Source of the DNA: Octopus vulgaris
Lineage: Eukaryota
Assembly: GCA_951406725.2 (NCBI GenBank)
Contig: OX597829.1
Location: 8,370,001 to 8,434,000, forward strand
Length of the DNA: 64,000 nt
Direction: 5' to 3'
The position numbers and the translations under genes are program-made. Under the pieces are notes generated by a model, which saw nothing but the letters and a program-made list of their open reading frames with translations, was not told the origin of the DNA and made no database searches. Below are positions 27,851-42,608 of this stretch, one piece after another (the first letter of the stretch is position 1; each line of letters opens with the position of its first letter).

Positions 27851-27852
27851 CA

Positions 27853-27909
27853 GGGCTTCGTATATTTTACCCCAGTGTCACTTTGATGGCATGCACTGCT
27901 CTCTCACTC
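27853..27909 (+). mobile_element. Family D 57-bp 3'-terminal stub within (TAA)n
   Basis: gggcttcgtatattttaccccagtgtcactttgatggcatgcactgctctctcactc matches 9101-9157. Confidence 0.85.
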
Positions 27910-28399
27910 AATAATAATAATAATAATAATAATAATAGACGTTTTAAACGTATGATCTCACTGGCATTGCTACATCCACGGAAAGAGTTGAACGTTAATA
28001 TAGGGGCAATATTAACTAGAGTCGACGTTGTAGAACAAAGGCCGTGCGTTAACATTTTGTATACGGTAATACTTAGTAATAACTTGATTACCGACGCTAT
28101 ACTTCACTACTTTGCACAACACTATTACCATGAACCGACGATGGAGCCTTTATGAGATTCCAAGAAATATCAGCTAAATCTCCTTCAAAATCATGTTCTC
28201 GTTTTAAATAAGACCAAGATACATTACGTAATGTAGTAAGTCCTACAACCCACTGAAAAACATCATGATCACTTTTGAAATAACTAAATGCATACGTTGC
28301 TCGATAACGTATTGACTTAGGGCTATATTAGAACAAAGTCATTAATTACCACTACCCCCAAGTTCGTTCTGACCTGGAACGGCACCCGTTATGTATTAA

Positions 28400-28920
28400 A
28401 TAGATTTCTTTGAGGGTATAGTGGGTTCCCAGTATTTGGCAAAACCGTGGGAAAGGTTGCTTTTTTAAGAGAAAGATCCTCTGACATGGAACTTGCAGTC
28501 ATCTTGCAATATGACTAGGGAGAGGGAGACAAGGGTGTTGTACATGTTTTTGACAATTAAATCCAGTGGCGTAAAGATGTATGTGTCAGACATGCAAATT
28601 GATGGGAATTCTCTTACGCCTATAAACACAGCCTACTCACGGACTAGCAAAACACATACTTCAGGTATTTCCTAGAGGAATTTGATCAGGTACCGTTTGA
28701 AAGTTGTGGGGCCTATTTCTAGGATAACACTGAAAAGAGCAGGACCATTTGCAGTGAAGAAAATGTGTCGCAATGTTCTTATTTGATGCGATCTCGATCT
28801 TTGTAGGAGACGCACTGCACGGGGGCCTTGGCTTGGGTGAATTGTAAACATAATACCGATATCATTTGGATAATATTAGTGGAATATTTTCCACATGGTG
28901 CAAATAATGTATCGCTCATG
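28400..28920 (+). mobile_element. Possible highly decayed L1/Tx1 APE endonuclease remnant
   Basis: Weak motifs (G..MYVSDMQIDGNS, RLI...YS, RYFLEEF) in broken frames. Confidence 0.25.
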
Positions 28921-29030
28921 GCGGCGTTGCAGGGAATAGATTTTCAGCTGTTTAAGTCGAGCCCCAAAATCTAGTCCTGTCATCCCATTTATTTTGTATG
29001 TTCAATATTGTTTATATCTGCTTCTAACTC

Positions 29031-29065
<35 letters not shown>

Positions 29066-29318
29066 CACAGACACACACACATACATACATAATACATACA
29101 TACATGCATGCATACATACACACATCATAAAGTATAAAGAAAGGAAAAATATAAGCGTAAGCAATCTTTTAATACAAAGTTGGTACAAAGCGAAAAAAAT
29201 AATCTTTTTGAAATCACAAATTGGACTTTTCTTCAGGAAAATTTAATTTTTTGTTCCTTTTTAGGCTATTGAAGGTCTTTATATTTTTGTTGGGCGAACC
29301 CGTTCATTCCAGTAATGA

Positions 29319-29400
29319 ATTCCTGAAGAAAAACCCAATGTGTGATTTCAAAAGGATTATTGTTTTGGAATTAATTAGGCTTGGAAACAACTTGTAGAAT
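29319..29400 (+). ncRNA. Type I hammerhead ribozyme-like motif in a foldback pLTR
   Basis: attc-CTGAAGA-[long stem II with tgatttcaaaa/ttttggaatta]-GAAA-caacttg-TA-gaat; stem I attc/gaat. Confidence 0.6.
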
Positions 29401-29587
29401 CTTTATCGGATATGTACCAACTTTGTTTTAAAAGATCGTCTACGCTAATATTCTTTCTTTTCATTATATATTTTTATTGATAATACCAATATTGAATATA
29501 TAGTTTTTTTGTTGCTTGGATTGAACCGGCGGACTTGGTGTTTAACATCTCTTTGAATGATTTTGGTCCTTACTTCTTATATATATG

Positions 29588-29621
<34 letters not shown>

Positions 29622-29714
29622 TATGGATGGATGTATGCATATATATGTATATATAAATCTATATATATATATGTTTATATATATATATATGTATATAAAT
29701 ATCTATCTATATCT

Positions 29715-29745
<31 letters not shown>

Positions 29746-29790
29746 TATATATGCACACCCACATATATAAACATATTTATACACACATTC

Positions 29791-29827
<37 letters not shown>

Positions 29828-29871
29828 TAAATAAATGGAGTTGAACGCAGGTGTTATTCAAATTCTTTTAT

Positions 29872-30474
29872 TTTCGACTATCCGCCAATGTTGACATTTT
29901 TAACGACAAGGCAGAATTTTATAACTCTGCCTTTGTTAAAGCAGGGTATTAAAGAAAAAGTAACCTTCATTGATTCTGCTCAATCTAATCCTTCATCTAC
30001 TATTCGAGACAAGAAATCTAGTTGTAATAAGAAGAGTGATTTTAATTCTAATATTGAAAACAACACAAACATAATAAATTTCCTTTACAGAGTAAGGGAG
30101 GCAAGCGTTATTTAAGCCCATTTTTTTCCACTCTAGAGGTATTTCACCGTTCCTTAAAGATAGTACCACTTACAATTTGACTGTTACTAGGAAAAATATT
30201 TGGTTTGTTATTCCGTATGGAAGGCAAATTAAATCTAATCTTCCTTTGCAGTTCTGTGAAACGGTTGGTAACAACTTTCCAAAAAATTCTATATATTTTT
30301 CAATTATTAATTCTCATAGTTTGCAACACAAATTATTAATTCTCATAGTTAGAGTTGCCTTCTCCAACACAAAGAATCTTTCACAAATTATATCTTTTCA
30401 TAATACCAGTCTGCTAAATAAAAGTTCATTTTCTGAGAGTTCCAGCATTAATTTTGTTAATACCAGCCCCTCAC

Positions 30475-30550
<76 letters not shown>

Positions 30551-30558
30551 TAATAATG

Positions 30559-30609
<51 letters not shown>

Positions 30610-31400
30610 TAACAACAACAACAACATAGTTTTGGCCTCTGAGCACAACTCCAACATAATTAAATATATGTCTAATAATTCTAAGATTAAGAATTCTATA
30701 TACAAATGTAAAATTTCTTGCGGTACCGATGTATTTTTCTATATTGGCGCTTACTCTTCCCAGTTATCTAAAAGAATTTCCAATCATTATTCTTCATTTA
30801 GAGATAGCAGTAAACGTTATAGCACAGGGCTAAGTAAATTGGTTTGGTATCTTAAAGACAACAATAAAGATTTGAAATTAGATGAGTTCATCCTGTTCAT
30901 CTCTTTCCCTTATTACAAGGGCAAAGGATTTTGTAACATTTGCAATTCTGAACCCTTCCATATTCTCTTCTCTAAGAAACACCTTGTTAACACACTTATA
31001 GAGCGATCTTACAAATGTAAGCACAGGCAGAAACATACCTTTAACTCATATAAGTGATTTATAACAGTCTTTATAGTTTGAACATTTAATTCACCTTGCA
31101 CTTTACTTCAATAGAGAAATCTATTTCCAAGCCTTTGAACATTTTTTCAACCAATATATCCCACTTTATTTGTTCTCTACTTATTATTTCTTTACCCCTT
31201 CTCTTCCTATGGTCTGCGTTTGACGTCAGATCTACTAATGGTTTTTAAAAAATACTTAATAGCGTTATGCAGTCATCAAAATTGTTATAATGTCTGGTTG
31301 TTGAGATGGGTTCTCTTTCATTCCTGATGAGAAGATTACATTATATATATATATATATATATACATGTATGCGCAGATTATTTGAAATGGTGTACAAATT
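29872..31400 (+). mobile_element. Penelope-like element remnant (Naiad-like): RT thumb, linker, GIY-YIG, decayed pLTR
   Basis: FRLSANVDIFNDKAEFYNSAFVKAGY (29873+); RKNIWFVIPY...NNFPKN...RVAFSNTKNLSQIISFHN; GIY-YIG ORF; ctgatga at 31324 and gaaa at 31384. Confidence 0.8.
30632..31057 (+). pseudogene. GIY-YIG endonuclease domain of a Penelope-like element
   Basis: SIYKCKI...FYIG..SQLSKRISNHYSSF..TGLSKLVWYLK...CNICNSE...LVN...CKH; separated from upstream frame by stop and frameshift. Confidence 0.8.
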
Positions 31401-31882
31401 TTATATATTAAGAAAAAGGAATTTTTGATAAATTCTTTATTAGGCGCATTTCAGGGAATCATCAGAAATAGTTGTTTTGCAGAAAATTTATGCCTTTTAT
31501 ATAAATCTGGAGTTGAATATGGAAGAGAATGTTCTTTTGTTATCTATAAGTGCGGGGACTTATCTGTGTGTGTATATATATATGTGTATGTATGTGTGTA
31601 CATGTATATGCGGGTAAGTATGTCTGTGGTGAAGGTTTGAAGGCTTGGTCGGAGGGAGAACAAATGGAAGAAAAAGGAAAGAACGATTAAAGACAGAGAT
31701 AAAGGGAGAAATAAAACAAGAAAGAAAGAAGGAAAGGGAGAAAGAAAGAAAGAATGAGAAAAGAGAGAAAGGGGCCTCTTTTGAAGATGGTTGAATTTGT
31801 ATTCTTAATGGTCAGTTCTCATGCTACGCAGCTGTAAAGAAGGGGATATTTTTCTAGGTGTTTGAAGTTGTCGACAGTTCTT

Positions 31883-32063
31883 TTCTTCTCTAGGCCCGAA
31901 ATTTTGGGAAGGGGGTCAGTCGATTAGATCAACACCAGTACTCAATTGGTATTTAATTTATCGACCCCGAAAGGATGAAAGGCAAAGTCGACATGGGCGC
32001 AATTTGAACTCAGAACGTAAAGACAGACGAAATACCGCTAAACATTTCGCCCGGCGTGCTAGC
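31883..32063 (-). mobile_element. SINE family A
   Basis: tcgaccccgaaaggatgaaaggcaaagtcgac...gaactcagaacg...cgcccggcgtgcta. Confidence 0.8.
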
Positions 32064-32302
32064 AATTAAAGATGTCAGTCTTGTGTTAGTAAGTTATCAT
32101 ATATTCTCTCTCATTCTCTCACTACTCCATTGTACATATATTAACATATATTAGGATTAGTGTTTAACACACACACATTTGTGTGTGTGTCTGTTATCTT
32201 TTATCTTTTACTTGTTTCAGCCATTAGACTTCAGCCATATTGGGGCACCGCCCTCAATTTTTTGTCGAATGAATCGCCTCCAGTACTATATCCATATATA
32301 CA

Positions 32303-32389
<87 letters not shown>

Positions 32390-33304
32390 TTATACAATAC
32401 ACACATACTCATCCCATTTGATATTATCTAGCTATGGATTATAGCAATAGGACGTGGGTGGCAGGCTTAAACCCTAGAACATATATCAGGAAATATATTT
32501 GCCTATCCTTTCATCTCTTTCCCAACTTTCTTTCATTTTGTCGCTCTTTTGACATAGCTAGTATAATCATAAAACTACAGTTATCTAACATTTGGTACTC
32601 AGTGGCCCTTGCAAAAGAAAAAAAAAACTGGTTTGATTTCCTTCGGGTTTAAGTACTGTATCTTTTTTTTTTTTCAGCCGTGGTCTATTCCTTTAATTTT
32701 TGCATTTTACATGTCCTCACTCGTCGTCTACATACCTAAGAGAAATAGGTATCATTACTGCTCTCACCTATAGGCACTCTTACCCAAAATCATAATGAGT
32801 AAAGAGTTAATGATTCGTATTCCATATAGCTTTTTAGCAGAGGAAGAACGGCATCATACAACTTTTTTCAAGACTCTTGTGACCTTTGCAAGTTCTTCAC
32901 AGACCAAAGATTGGCTCAAATACATACAATAAAGCAAACTCAAGAAAAGTCAAAGAATGCCCAGATGGGGTTTAAGCGCTAACCTCTTGACGAAAGCTTA
33001 TCCTCAACCTAAATACACGCTTATTCACAAATATTTCATAAATTTATTCACTACATAGCCAACGGACACTATGTATCCGCCCTTAGAGTTTTCTTGCATA
33101 AATATAGCTGTTGATGGTCGTCTGAGTTTGCCGTTGTGTATTATCATCTTCCAAATCTGTTTTGATACACCATTTCGCATCGTATCCCGAACGCTTAGTG
33201 TATTCCTGCATACAAACCTTGTATGAAACACTAAGATTTCTTCCCAGACCTGTCGCCTTATAAACTTTCCTCACGCCGAAAACATTGGCACTAAGCTTCA
33301 TTTA

Positions 33305-33500
33305 TTAGTTCCTGGTTATAAACGTCTGCAGTAACGGTCATTCCTTGTATCAGTACATCATAATGGCTAACACCCATTCGTGTTCAATTGGGAATATAGC
33401 AAAAGATATTTCTGGTTTTGGCGTTGGTAATGACTTCTCTATTTATTGATAATCACTCTTTCACTCTTCTTTTCTTTTTCTGTTGACATGATTAAGCCGT
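33305..33500 (-). mobile_element. mariner transposase remnant
   Basis: Minus strand: ..LPTPKPEI.. and GVSHYDVLIQGMTVTADVYNQEL, resembling the mariner catalytic-domain motif GxxHYExLxxGxTxTAxxYxxQL. Confidence 0.5.
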
Positions 33501-34553
33501 TTCTCGTTGTACGAACATGAGACACTCCTGGTAAAGTGACTGGTGTGGAAGGCAGAACATTGAGTTCAGTTCTTATGTGGGAGCTGATGAGGAAACGTAT
33601 TTTTCACAGTTCGTTTTTGAGGAGAGTGACATCTAGCCGAACTGATTAATTCAGTATACTTTGTGCAACACAAATTATTTTTCTTAGTGTCGTCACTTTT
33701 TAATTTTGGAGAGAAGAGTGATTAACAATTAAATGTTGACCTTCCATTATTGAAAATATCTTCCAATATTAGTGTAGGTAATTTCAGCAATTTATGAACA
33801 TCGCGTTCGGAAATTTAAATATGACAGCGTCGCAAAAGTGGAGCATAAACCGGACCACTATGTGCATGAATGCAATATAAATTCTTAAATAAGTTCTCTA
33901 ATAAACAAGAGAAGAATATATATATATAAACCAGTCAATACAATGATACAAGGAAAGCGATAAAAACATTACTAAAACTAGTAGCAGTGTTATTTACGTT
34001 GTTATTTACGATTCAAGATTATGCCAACTTCAGAAACAATGGTCACTGAATAAGTTAAAGACTTGTTCGAAGATATGGAGATGTGGGACACTTTTGTGCT
34101 TATACAAACTTAATTTGTCCTGTAGAAAGAAGTCATCGAATTCTTAGAATGCTGAAAAATAAATGAAGTTTAGTATGCGGTATACTTGATAATCCGGCAG
34201 TACCTGTGCACTAGTATTTTGGTTATGAGCGAACGTTGAGTAACTTCAAACAAAATATTTGAATCGTATGGATTAATAAATAAATACTATAGAATTATAT
34301 TATATGTCTTCTCTGCTTCAAAAGCTGTCAGCGTTATGTTTTAATCTGATGAGTGTTTTTATTGGACGGTTACTTTGAAGCAATATACCTGCGTCTGTAA
34401 TATTTAGTTATCTATTTTGATGAAATATATCCAGTGAAATATAGAAACAACAAAATGCTAAAACGAAGAAATTTACATGCAACTATACATACGGACATAC
34501 GCACAAATGCATACACAAACATGCACACCTGCACACACTTATACATAAATGTC

Positions 34554-34586
<33 letters not shown>

Positions 34587-34587
34587 G

Positions 34588-34656
<69 letters not shown>

Positions 34657-36109
34657 GCATATATATGTGTGTGTGCGCGTGTGTATGTATACACACTCAC
34701 ATGCACACACAGCGGGAACTGTAAAAGCACAGCAGGAAGATTCTAGAGTCTTCAGCTCTCTAAATGTCATTCCTCTCCATAACGTTAGCCACCTGAAATT
34801 CTCTTTCCTTTTTTCTTTCTCTCTTTCTTTCTTTCTTTCTCCGTCTTTTTCAGCCCCTCTTTTACCCTATTCCCATATTTTTCTGAAGCAATTACGTAGC
34901 AACTGTTCATATCGAATATGACTGTGTCCATCTCAACAGTCTTGACAGACTGTGAAGATGATGCACATCCTTACTCTTCACAAAAATCAACAATATATGA
35001 GGCTTTGTCGTTCGAAATTTGACCCCAGTCAAGTATTTTCGGGTTCAGTTCCACTGCGTGACATCTTGGGCCGAATAAGTTTTGGGCTTAATAGACGGAA
35101 AGTGTAAAAAGTGCGTCGTACATACACACATATATTTGTAGCGTTCTTTATTTACATTGAATTATGATTATAAAATTGCATTGTGTAATGTGTGGCATGC
35201 ATATTAGTGCAGACATATAAACATCATATACGGAAATTATTTTTACATGAAAACTATCGTCGTTGATTGGTTAAAATTACCCCAATACGACAACTTTAAC
35301 ACGAAATAACTTCTAAAATACAAACTTTTGTCAACAATGTTGAAAGTAAACCGTGCTCAGCATGAGAAATTACACCAGTATACGAAGTTTCAAACTGTTT
35401 AGTTAAAAAGAAACTGAACAGATCCCAAGTAAAAAAGTAAATATATATATGTATTCGCATTTGTCCCCCACCACCAGTTGTCAACCGATGTTTTCTTTAT
35501 ACGTTTCGGCTAAGTACCAGATTTTAAAAGATAAGTACTGCGGTCTATTTGTTAAACGAATTGATTCATGGTGACGCCTCAGCATTCGCGCAGTCCAAAG
35601 ACTGAAACAAATTAAATGCTAGATCTAAAATCTCTCTAAGAGATTGGAGGACTTGTCAACTCTCAATTTCACAACAATAATGGTACCGCATGTGCCCTAT
35701 TATAATCATAAATTAATTATAAAATTTTGGATTTGCTATTTATCGGCTTTTGCTTGTTGGCCCATTTATATTTATCCCCTTAATCCTTTCCAAATCCCTT
35801 TACTTTGTTGTTATTCATTTTACTAGTCATAATAATTAATAATATCTAGATAAATATTTTCGAATATTTATTCATTTATTTATTTAGTAATTATATATAT
35901 ATTTGATTCGTTAGCTACTGCACGCATTTTTTTCTCTCCTTCTTTCTGTGTTTTTCTCTCTCCGTGTATCTTTCTGTTGAAGATAGGCTCGAAACGTTAC
36001 TTGTTTTATTTATATTTCCTGAGCGCCATACTAATACAATTGTTCGTTTGTTTTACCTGCCTTCGTCTTTTGTTTATTTTCATAAATATATATATGCGTA
36101 TGTGTATGT

Positions 36110-36153
<44 letters not shown>

Positions 36154-36189
36154 GTGCGTGTGTGTGCGTGAATGTGTCTGTCTTTGTGT

Positions 36190-36372
36190 CTGTATTTGTC
36201 CCCAACACCATTTGCCAATCGGTCTTTTGGTGTGCTTACGTCCCCGCAAATTAGCGGTTCGGTCCAAGGGACTGAGAAAATAAGAATTGGTCCTGAAGTC
36301 GATTCATTTCGACTAAAACCCTTTAAGGTGGTGCACTATCAGGGCCACAGTCATATGACTGAAATAAATAAA
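36190..36372 (+). mobile_element. SINE family B 3' half
   Basis: ttagcggttcgg...cagtcatatgactgaaa. Confidence 0.65.
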
Positions 36373-36439
36373 AGTCTATACACACACACATACATATATA
36401 TGCATACATATACATCTATCTATATATATATATATTATT

Positions 36440-36611
36440 TTGTTTCAGTCATTTTTATTGTGGTCATGCTGGTGTACCGCCTGTTAGTCGAAGGAATCGA
36501 CCCTGGACTCATTCTTTATAAGCCTTGAACTTATTTTATCGATCTTTTTAGCCGAACCGCTAAGTTACACGAGCAAATACGGACACATACATACATGCAT
36601 GCATACATACA

Positions 36612-36678
<67 letters not shown>

Positions 36679-36740
36679 GTGTTTGTGTCCGTATTTTCTC
36701 CCTCACCATCACCTTACAACCGATGTTGATGTGTTTATAT

Positions 36741-36795
<55 letters not shown>

Positions 36796-36945
36796 CGACG
36801 AGCTTCCTTCAGTTTCCATTTACCAAATCCATTCACAAGGCTTTGGTCGGCCTGAGGCTATAGAAGAAGACTCTTGCCCAAAATTCCACGCAGTGGGACT
36901 GAACTCCGAACTATGTATGCGGAAGCAAGCCCCTTATCATACAGC
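36440..36945 (-). mobile_element. SINE family B with expanded internal microsatellites
   Basis: Reverse complement of tail (gccgaaccgctaagttac) and head (gcagtgggactgaac). Confidence 0.7.
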
Positions 36946-36954
36946 ATAAAAACA

Positions 36955-37050
36955 TAAAGTCGACCACGATGGAATTCGAACCCACAACGTCAGGACAGAC
37001 GCAATCGTCCTAGGCATTGTTGCCCGGCGGGTTAACTATTCTGCCTACTA
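36955..37050 (-). mobile_element. SINE family A 5' fragment
   Basis: aaagtcgacc...gaattcgaaccc...gcccggcgggttaac. Confidence 0.55.
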
Positions 37051-37069
37051 ACCACCTGATATATATATT

Positions 37070-37114
<45 letters not shown>

Positions 37115-38388
37115 ATATACAGATATATATACATATGTGTGTATATATATATATGTATGCATGTATATATGTATATATATGTATATATATACCAACATTT
37201 ATAAACACATAAATACGTACATACATACATACGCACATACGTATACATATGCATTATAGATAGCTATACAGATACACGTGGACACACGCATAAACGTGTT
37301 GTATGTGTGTAAGTATGTATCTGGGTATGCTAGGCAGGTACATAAAGTTATCACACCGAACAATTAAGAAAAAATATTTACATGTATATCGTAGAGATCT
37401 GTCTCTTACAAACACAAGCACAAAGGGATCCGTTTGTTACACGAATAACACATTGGATATCAGAGTTATGTACTTGTTAAGTAAATGATAGTTTTGTGGA
37501 TGGATTATTGTTTTACTGTTGCTTTCTTATGAATGGTTAATGAATAACTTGTTATTGATTTTATTGTTGTTATTGTAGTTATGCTTTTGTTTATCTTGTG
37601 CTTGTTGCTGCCGTTAATAATACAAACGCCTATTTATCCGGGTTTTTTTCCCGCTGGGTACTGGTGTCACCAACTTAGCCTCTGCCCTAAACGGCGGCAA
37701 AGAAACATTATTTTGAGACATGACAATTCAATCTAAAATAAAACATTAGTTAAGACAGAATGTTTTCGTTAAGTCGTGCGAGAGGTGAGAGATTTGTGAA
37801 GTAGGAAGATGTGTCGTTAGATTGATGGGCAAAGAAAGCAGCAACGACTACAACTCGTTTTCAACAACGCTGCTTTTTGTTTGCATGCTTTCTTACACTG
37901 TACTCCAAAGTTTGTACGATGATGTTGAAGTGGGTTCTAAACATATGAGGTCAATCAACTTTGTTTCTCTCTCTCTCTCTCTGCCTCAGTCTTTGTCTTT
38001 CATTCAGTCACTCACTCACTCACTCACTAACTCCCTCTCTCCCTTCCCCTCTTTCTCTCCCTCTCTCTCTCTGTCTCTCTTCTCAAAACCACATCTCCCA
38101 TTTCAGAGCTTTTTAACATTTTTCTTTTTTCTTTCTCTGTCTCACTTTCTCTGCTGATGGGTGGTCAAATTTAACCTGGTTGTTGAGAACTGCTTCTTTC
38201 AATGTTTATATACATTTAGATATATTTTCTTCCATTTTCTGTATCATTTTTTCTCGTCCCACCTTTTTTGTTTTTACCGTACATTTTTTTTTAGGAAATA
38301 CTTTTTGCTTGAACTTTTTTTGATTACGGGGAATCCAAATATTGAATAAATTGATCAGGTCCTAAAATACGCACATACATGCACATAC

Positions 38389-38464
<76 letters not shown>

Positions 38465-38609
38465 ACAGACTGTCACGCACACACACTACACAACAATACA
38501 CATACACAAGCTTACATAGCCTCATAAAGACAAATTGTTATACATGCATAGATATAACTCCTACACGTACATAGGCAAGGTTATATATGAATACATATAC
38601 TTATCTATA

Positions 38610-38612
38610 TAT

Positions 38613-38674
<62 letters not shown>

Positions 38675-38695
38675 ATCTATCTATCTGTCTGTCTA

Positions 38696-38760
<65 letters not shown>

Positions 38761-38809
38761 GTATCTATGTATGTATGTATGTATGTATGTATGTATGTAT
38801 GTATGTATG

Positions 38810-38845
<36 letters not shown>
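38610..38845. repeat. Compound (ATCT)n/(GTCT)n/(ATGT)n microsatellite
   Basis: Direct reading. Confidence 0.9.
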
Positions 38846-38850
<5 letters not shown>

Positions 38851-39349
38851 ATCTACGCACGTGTCTATCTGTCCGTCTGTCTGTGTGTAAGTCTACCTGT
38901 ATTATATATGCATATGTGTGTGAGTATATGTACACTTGCGTACATAACTTTACACACGTACTTTCTCACACACGCATACACTCTCTCTTTTAGAAGCACG
39001 CACATACACACCCTCTGTTACATACAAGCTCACATACATATATGTATGTCAAAAAGATATTCGTTATTTCTACCAGAAGTTACCAAATTTCTCTAAAGAA
39101 AAAAAATACGCAGAGGAAATATAATAGTCGAAAAAATTGCTAATCCATTCTGTCTATTGTAAACAACATTAACCGAACGCACAAACATCATAAAACTGTT
39201 AACAATCTCTGCAATTCAAACCAATAACACTTGCAGAACTATAAGTAGCTTGTATTGCGTATACATTGATACCCCTCTCCTCACACGCACATACACACAT
39301 ACACACATACATACATGCAAACATACATTCATTCCTACATTCGATGAAA

Positions 39350-39418
<69 letters not shown>

Positions 39419-39689
39419 CATACGTACATACATGGATATATGCATGTATATGCGCAAATGTGTGAGTTCCTATGTCTGTACACATGTATGAGTGTTTAAG
39501 TGTAAATGTAACAACGTAAATATTCTACATTATTTTATTCTTATCATATTCTATTTCACCCCATTTCATTTCACTTCCGTGGAAAATTTGAACAGTTTTT
39601 GCACCTGCATATAAATTCAGGAACATTTACTTCATTTCATCTGACTAACCTAATTACTGTTACCAATATACTATTCAGCTAAATATGTT

Positions 39690-39879
39690 ATGGTTCCGGC
39701 TTCAGTCCCACTGCTTGACAATTTGAGCAAGTGTCTTTCACTATAGCCTCGGGTCAACCCAAGCCTCGTGAGCTGATTTGGTAGACGGAAACTGAAAGAA
39801 GACCGTTGTATATACATACATACATACATACATACATACATACATACATACATACATACATACATACATACATAAATAA

Positions 39880-39934
<55 letters not shown>

Positions 39935-40150
39935 CATACATATATACATATATATGTATATGTGTGTCTGTGTTTGTCCGCCTACCATCGCTCGACAACC
40001 GATGCTGGTGTGTTTGCGTCCCCGTAACTTAGCGGTTCGGCAAAAGAGACCAATAGAATAAGTACTAGGCTTACAAAGAATAAGTTCTGGGGTCGATTTC
40101 TTCGACTAACAGGCGGTGCTATAGTATGGCCGCAGTCAAATGACTGATAC
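39690..40150 (+). mobile_element. SINE family B
   Basis: atggttccggcttcagtccc...ggtagacggaaactgaaagaag-(microsatellite)-ttagcggttcggcaaaagag...gcagtcaaatgactga. Confidence 0.85.
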
Positions 40151-40257
40151 AAATAGAAGAATAAAAGAATGTATATATGTGGGTTGTGTTTCTGTGCGTG
40201 TCCATGTGCATGTGCGTATGTATGCATGTGTATATGTATATGTATATATTCTCTATT

Positions 40258-40450
40258 CTCTTTTACTTGTTTCAGCCATTTGACTGCGGCCATGCTGGAG
40301 CACCGCCTTTATAGTCGATCAAATCGACCCTAGAGCTTATTCTTTGTAAGCCTAGTACTCATTCTATCGGTCTCTTATGCCGAACCGCTGAGATACGGGG
40401 ATGTAAATACACCAGCATCGGTTGTCAAGCGATGTTGCGGGGGACAAACA
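40258..40450 (-). mobile_element. SINE family B 3' half, inverted relative to 39690-40150
   Basis: ttgactgcggccatgctggagcaccgcc...gccgaaccgct. Confidence 0.8.
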
Positions 40451-40496
40451 CGGGTACACAAAGATATACACACACATACATATATATATATCATGT

Positions 40497-40715
40497 GATT
40501 ACGTGACCGACCAGACCATCAGATGTTGCTACACATCTGATGGTCTGAAAGAGTGGTGAAAGAGTACAGCAGGGATCACCCCCCTTCTGCCGGTGCCTCG
40601 TGGAGCTTTAAGGTGTTTTCGCTCAATAAACACACACAACGCCTGGTCTGGGAATCGAAACCGCGATCATACGACCGCGAGTCCGCTGCCCTAACCACTG
40701 GGCCATTGCGCCTCC
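40497..40715 (-). mobile_element. tRNA-derived SINE related to family C
   Basis: Minus strand: ggcgcaatggcccagtggttagggcagcgg...ggtttcgattccc...ttgagcgaaaacacct. Confidence 0.75.
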
Positions 40716-41237
<522 letters not shown>

Positions 41238-41239
41238 TA

Positions 41240-41890
<651 letters not shown>

Positions 41891-42321
41891 GACGGGCTTC
41901 TTTCAGTTTCCGTCTACCAAATCCACTCACACACACACACACATCGCTAAATGTGACTAACACGCATGCACAAACAACGTGCGTGCGCACACGCACATTC
42001 ACATAGGCGCACGCCTACACATATTCATGAGGCAGCGTATACGTAGGTAAATCGTGCATAGGTTTACAGACCTTAATATAAGCATGCTTCAGCATGGCCA
42101 CACTCCAATGTCTAAAACTAGGAAAAGGATAAAATGATATGGATGTACACACAGACACAGACACACAGACACGCACACACACATGTATATATATGCGTGT
42201 GCGTGTATATAGATATATACATATATGCTCGCAGATAAACAAATGCAGACACACACATATATGTGTGTGTTTGTCTGCGTGTGTGTCTCTATACATGCAT
42301 ATATATATATATATTTATATA

Positions 42322-42368
<47 letters not shown>

Positions 42369-42375
42369 CTGTGTT

Positions 42376-42408
<33 letters not shown>

Positions 42409-42476
42409 ATATGTATATATATGTATATGGTAATAATGTACGTATACATATGTGAATGTACATATGTGTGTATATA

Positions 42477-42514
<38 letters not shown>

Positions 42515-42608
42515 GTCGGTGTGTGTACGCATATGAATGTTCTAAAGGTACGTGACCTGCTGTATTTAGAATGAACTACACATTAAACTATATCTTATTC
42601 TCTACCAG

